Below are positions 59,615-64,000 of a DNA stretch of 64,000 bases, in pieces. Position numbers and translations under genes: made by a program. The notes under the pieces are model-generated. The model made no database searches, was not told the origin of the DNA, and worked only from the letters and a program-made list of their open reading frames with translations. Each line of letters starts with the position of its first letter. The first letter of the stretch is position 1. This DNA comes from Leptolyngbyaceae cyanobacterium. Its GTDB lineage: Bacteria > Cyanobacteriota > Cyanobacteriia > Phormidesmidales > Phormidesmidaceae. The stretch is from NCBI GenBank assembly GCA_965263355.1, contig CBDHHL010000032.1, positions 2,368,001 through 2,432,000 of the forward strand. The letters are read 5' to 3'.

Positions 59615-61288
59615 ATGTTGACTCAGCCTGTAAATATCTGGCTCCAAGTCGGACTCAAAATCAGTGGTGCCATTGGAGTCGCTATTCTTGTTGTTGCCTG
59701 CACCTATCATTACTTGTTTCCGAAAGGAAAAATCATCAATCGGACAAAAATTACCCTGTTAGATGAATCTTCTCTTGATCACCGTTTGGTTGCCCAAACA
59801 GATACAGGCAAGGTATTAGGATATCGTCATCCCAAAGGGGTGTTACGCTACTCCAGTATTCCATTTGCGGCACCGCCCGTCGGCAAACAACGATTTCAAC
59901 CCCCTCAACCCATATCCCCTTGGTCAGGGGTATTAGACACACGCAAACCAGGTCCAAGCTGTATTCAGCGGGTCACCAAGGACAACGAGGCATCCCTGCA
60001 TACACAATCAGAAGATTGTTTGTCACTAACGGTGACCACCCCAAATTTAGATAATGCTAAACGTCCAGTCATTGTTTGGCTCCACGGTGGGGGGCTGACG
60101 GCGGGAGGAAACCATCACTCCACCTACGATGGTGCCAACTTTTCAGCCCGTGGCGATGTTGTATTTGTTAACGTGCAATATCGGTTAGGCATCTTAGGAT
60201 GGCTAGATGTCTCCTCGTTGGGGGAAGACGATGTTCAACAGTCTAGTCAGACCGGACAGCTGGATGTCATCGCAGGGTTAGACTGGGTACAGCGAAATAT
60301 TACTCAGTTTGGGGGAGATCCAAATAATGTCACGTTGATGGGAGAGTCGGCAGGGTCTCACCTGGCAGTTTCACTGTTGTTGCATGCTGAGGCTCAATCT
60401 TTGTTCGATAAAGTGATTTTGCAAAGTGGCGTCCATTCTGTTTGGCAAATACCCGTGGATCGCCATGAGCTGTTGCAGCTAGTCTTAAAGCAGGCAAATG
60501 TCGATTCATTGGCAGGGTTGCGTCAAGTTGATGCCAAAACGATACAAAACATTGAAACGCAGATTAAACAGTTTGCCCTGTCCAAAGGGCTAGCCGACCC
60601 TATGCCCTGGTACAGCATTAGAGGGATAACCAACCAAGACTTTGAACGGGCTGCCCACAATGGTAAACCAGTGTTACATGGCACCCTAAAAGATGAATAT
60701 CATTTATTTATTCTCTCCTACTCTGGTCAAGCCCCCCATCGTCAGTTTGCAGATGCGTATTTGGGTGGTTTAGGCCTTGATTCTAGCCAAATAGATACAT
60801 TGGTTACCCAGATAAAACAATCGCTACCCCATCGACAAGAGCATGATCTACTGGTCGATTTGGCCAGTGCTATCCATATGCATTATCCCCACTCAATTGT
60901 TTCAGAACAGTATGGCGCGATCGCACCTGTCTACACCTACTTAATTGATTGGGCTGCGCCCAATTTTCCTGAGCTTGGGGCCATGCATGGCCTAGATTTA
61001 CCCCTTGTCTTTGGCAATTTTGACGCCTGGTCTTGGGCGTTAGGGCGTACCCCTCCCCAACCGTTATCTAACGACATACAAGACGCCTGGATAGCCTTTG
61101 CAAGAACGGGTAATCCAAACCACGATAACCTGCCAACTTGGCCAGTTTATGACAAGGAGAATCGCTCTACCATGCAGTTTGGTGATACTTACCAGGTAAT
61201 CAGCGATCCACTGGAGTGGGTAAGAGGTGTGGGAGCAACAATTGACAATCTCCCTCAATTTACTATGGGCAATACCATGACGCCCTAA
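59615..61288 (+). CDS. Type-B carboxylesterase/lipase with N-terminal TM anchor
   Basis: SEDCLSL, WLHGGG, FGGDPNNVTLMGESAG, AMHGLDL. Confidence 0.93.
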   Translation: MLTQPVNIWLQVGLKISGAIGVAILVVACTYHYLFPKGKIINRTKITLLDESSLDHRLVAQTDTGKVLGYRHPKGVLRYSSIPFAAPPVGKQRFQPPQPISPWSGVLDTRKPGPSCIQRVTKDNEASLHTQSEDCLSLTVTTPNLDNAKRPVIVWLHGGGLTAGGNHHSTYDGANFSARGDVVFVNVQYRLGILGWLDVSSLGEDDVQQSSQTGQLDVIAGLDWVQRNITQFGGDPNNVTLMGESAGSHLAVSLLLHAEAQSLFDKVILQSGVHSVWQIPVDRHELLQLVLKQANVDSLAGLRQVDAKTIQNIETQIKQFALSKGLADPMPWYSIRGITNQDFERAAHNGKPVLHGTLKDEYHLFILSYSGQAPHRQFADAYLGGLGLDSSQIDTLVTQIKQSLPHRQEHDLLVDLASAIHMHYPHSIVSEQYGAIAPVYTYLIDWAAPNFPELGAMHGLDLPLVFGNFDAWSWALGRTPPQPLSNDIQDAWIAFARTGNPNHDNLPTWPVYDKENRSTMQFGDTYQVISDPLEWVRGVGATIDNLPQFTMGNTMTP

Positions 61289-61335
61289 CTCCTAACAGTG
61301 GGAAAACCATCCCACTTTAAGTGTTACCCTCAAAA

Positions 61336-63846
61336 TTATATGATCAGCGGTTGCGGATAGCTAACCGTATAGCCTTGGGCATAGTCTATTCCAAGGGTTT
61401 GCACAGTTTTTAGAACAGTCGGAGTTTCAACATATTCGGCAATTGTTTTTACCCCCATTACATGGCCGATATGATTAATCGATTGCAGCATGGCATATAA
61501 AACCTTGTCCGTAGGTGATTCTCTAACAAAGTTACCGTCAATTTTAAGATAGTCCACTGGTAAATGCCTGAGGTAGCTAAACGAAGACATCCCACTACCA
61601 AAGTCATCTAGGGCAAAAGAACACCCTATTTTTTTAAGTTCAAGAATTAGGTCAGCTGCTTGTTGGAGATTTGAAATCGCTAGTGTTTCAGTAATTTCAA
61701 AACAAAGTTTAGCAGGATTAATCGGGCGTTGTTTTAGCTGTCGCTCTAAAAAGCCCAGAAAAGTCTCATCGTTTAGGCTGGCACCTGATAAATTTATGCT
61801 GTAGATCGTATCGTGGGTTTGAGGATTGCATGATAGGTAACCGAAGAAGTGCTCGATTACCCATCGGTCAATTCGAGGCATCAAGTTATAACGTTCTGCT
61901 GGTGGTAAAAACGCCATAGGCGGTGTGACTTGACCTGTCTTTATATCAGGTAAACGCAAAAGAATCTCACAGAGATTTACCTTGTTCTTGGGGCCAGAAC
62001 ATACTGGCTCAATGGTTTGATAATACAGTTGAAATTGATTCTCATCCAGAGCTTCGGTGATACGCAAAAACCACTGACTTTCCTGGGATTGGCGGGTAAT
62101 ATTATCATCGTCAGAATGATAAACTTGCACCCGATTGCGGCCTTTGTTTTTAGCAATATAACAGGCTGCATCTGCCAGCTTCAAAATCTCTTCACTATTT
62201 GTGTGGTTAGTCGTTATCGGTACAATGCCAATGCTGACACTGACATTAAAAGCTTTGTCATCATATGAAAATCGAAATGATTGTATGCTACGGCAAAAGG
62301 AATTCGCTATTTCCGAAGCACGACCCAGGTCGCAATTGTATAGAAGTAGGCCAAATTCATCTCCCCCTAGTCGGGCTAGCACATCTGTCTGTCGAATCTG
62401 GCCTTTCCAGATAGCAGCAACCTGTTGTAAGAGTTGATCACCTGCAGCATGGCCACAGGTATCATTAACAGCCTTAAAGTGATCTAAGTCCAGATAGAAC
62501 AGCATATGCTGCGTCTGGTTAGGAAAGAATTCCTCAACCACCTCATTTAGACACTGCATAAACTTTTGACGATTAAATAAATGTGTTAGTGAGTCATGGG
62601 TAGCTTGCCAGGTCAGCTGTTTAGATCTACCCTGCTCTTCCGTAACATCATGAAATACAAGAACTGTTCCTAAAATTTCTCCGACATCTGATCGTATGGG
62701 AAAGGCTGAATCACCGATGGCATATTCTTCACCGGTTTTAGAAATTAATGTGGGGTGGCTACTTATACTAGTGGGTTGTTTTTTTTCGATGGCTTGAAGA
62801 GCTGGGTTTTTTAGCGGGGTGCGTGTAGTACTGTCTACAATAGTACATACCTCTGAAATCGGTTTTTGTTTAGCATCTGTAGCTCTCCAGCCAGTTAGCT
62901 TCTCAGCGACAGGATTAAAGTTTTTGATTAGCCCCTGTGCATCAGTGGTAATCACCGCATCGCCAATAGAATGCAAGGTAATTTGAGACAGTTCTTTTTC
63001 TTTGTAGAGGTCACATTCTAATAATTTTCGTTTGGTGGTGTCCGTTTGGGAACCTGCTATGCGATAGGCAACACCGTTTTGATTCCACAGGGCCATGCCT
63101 CGGGTAAGCATCCAGCGGTAATTCCCATCCGCATGTAACATGCGATACTCACAGATAAACCTTAGCTGCTGGCCCTGTAGATGTTGCTGCAATAGTTGTT
63201 CAAATTTTAGTCGATCATTGGGATGAATCCGCGATAGCCATTCTCTAGGGCTGGCGCTGAGAGCTTTATCAGATAGACCCAGGAGAGTTTTCCAGCGACG
63301 AGAGTAGAAAATTTGGTCAGTTTTCAGGTCCCAGTCCCAGATGCCATCTTTAGAACCTTCTACAGCCAAATCATAGCGCTCTTTGCTAGTATTCAAATTT
63401 TTGGTAAGTTCCGTACGCTCAATGGCATATTGGATACTCTTGGCGAGTAAATTGCCTACATCAACGTATCCTAGATTTTTTAAGCGGTATGGAGAGAACG
63501 TATCGGCTTTTACAAGGTAATCCTGGGCACCCTCTTGGAGAGCGGCTAATGCGACATTTTGATCTTGAATTCCGGTGAGTACAATAACAGGTATGTTAGG
63601 GAGAATAGTTTTGATTTGTTTAACTAACCCAACCCCTTGTCCGTCAGGTAGACACAGATCTAACAACACCACATTAAATCGATTGTTGGCCTCTAGAATC
63701 TCAACTGCTTTCTTAAAATACTCAACATGACATAACCTTGTTTTCATAACCTCAGATGCGGTTAGCAATGTCTGGAAAAGCTTAGCATCTGCTGGATTGT
63801 CTTCAATTAGCAATGCGTCTATATCTTTTACCATGGGTTTGATCAT
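61336..63846 (-). CDS. REC-PAS-PAS-GGDEF-EAL c-di-GMP signalling protein
   Basis: LLIEDN/LLDL REC, DGIWDWD PAS, RLGGDEF, EILLR, ALDDFGSG, KIDG. Confidence 0.95.
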   Translation of the reverse strand: MIKPMVKDIDALLIEDNPADAKLFQTLLTASEVMKTRLCHVEYFKKAVEILEANNRFNVVLLDLCLPDGQGVGLVKQIKTILPNIPVIVLTGIQDQNVALAALQEGAQDYLVKADTFSPYRLKNLGYVDVGNLLAKSIQYAIERTELTKNLNTSKERYDLAVEGSKDGIWDWDLKTDQIFYSRRWKTLLGLSDKALSASPREWLSRIHPNDRLKFEQLLQQHLQGQQLRFICEYRMLHADGNYRWMLTRGMALWNQNGVAYRIAGSQTDTTKRKLLECDLYKEKELSQITLHSIGDAVITTDAQGLIKNFNPVAEKLTGWRATDAKQKPISEVCTIVDSTTRTPLKNPALQAIEKKQPTSISSHPTLISKTGEEYAIGDSAFPIRSDVGEILGTVLVFHDVTEEQGRSKQLTWQATHDSLTHLFNRQKFMQCLNEVVEEFFPNQTQHMLFYLDLDHFKAVNDTCGHAAGDQLLQQVAAIWKGQIRQTDVLARLGGDEFGLLLYNCDLGRASEIANSFCRSIQSFRFSYDDKAFNVSVSIGIVPITTNHTNSEEILKLADAACYIAKNKGRNRVQVYHSDDDNITRQSQESQWFLRITEALDENQFQLYYQTIEPVCSGPKNKVNLCEILLRLPDIKTGQVTPPMAFLPPAERYNLMPRIDRWVIEHFFGYLSCNPQTHDTIYSINLSGASLNDETFLGFLERQLKQRPINPAKLCFEITETLAISNLQQAADLILELKKIGCSFALDDFGSGMSSFSYLRHLPVDYLKIDGNFVRESPTDKVLYAMLQSINHIGHVMGVKTIAEYVETPTVLKTVQTLGIDYAQGYTVSYPQPLII

Positions 63847-64000
63847 GGCATTTGAGAACTAATAAATGTCTTATGATAAATTTGCATTGTATTAGGTTTA
63901 GTCGCCAGTTAGAACAATATGCCGCGAGACGTTAGGCCATACAACTTAGCTAGCTACGCAATACTTCAAGTTGTGACAGAGTGTAACCAGAACTCATGGG

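Overview
This window looks like chromosomal DNA from a filamentous cyanobacterium; the Leptolyngbyaceae-like assignment is an inference from many HIP1 GCGATCGC sites, Uma2/pentapeptide/CHAT/PatA gene families, and NtcA- and SphR-type boxes. In order, it holds: (1) a patch of gene fragments and a Uma2 nuclease (1-2.7 kb); (2) two paralogous TPS-domain/CHAT caspase-like proteins (2.9 and 35.3 kb) with TPR neighbours, plus a distant TpsB (ShlB/FhaC) gene; (3) a Ser/Thr pseudokinase; (4) an amide-utilisation island (LysR, fmdB-fmdA, Urt/Fmd-like ABC transporter, amiE, amiF) with three NtcA-type promoters; (5) a two-gene operon (helical+vWA protein with Ro60/TROVE-like layout, and an ARPP-2-like protein) directly preceded by an ~88-nt structured RNA candidate with its own promoter, which is the best candidate for an undescribed system; (6) a 2.4-kb head-to-tail mosaic of seven same-strand fragments of unrelated genes; (7) ada-eamA-GNAT, a degenerate chemoreceptor and psiE; (8) a patA-cheY-cheW-MCP-cheA cluster; (9) a GTPase, phoX with Pho box, a MITE, a carboxylesterase and a REC-PAS-GGDEF-EAL gene. 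No rRNA, true tRNA or CRISPR array was seen. All family assignments come from motif recognition by eye, not database searches.
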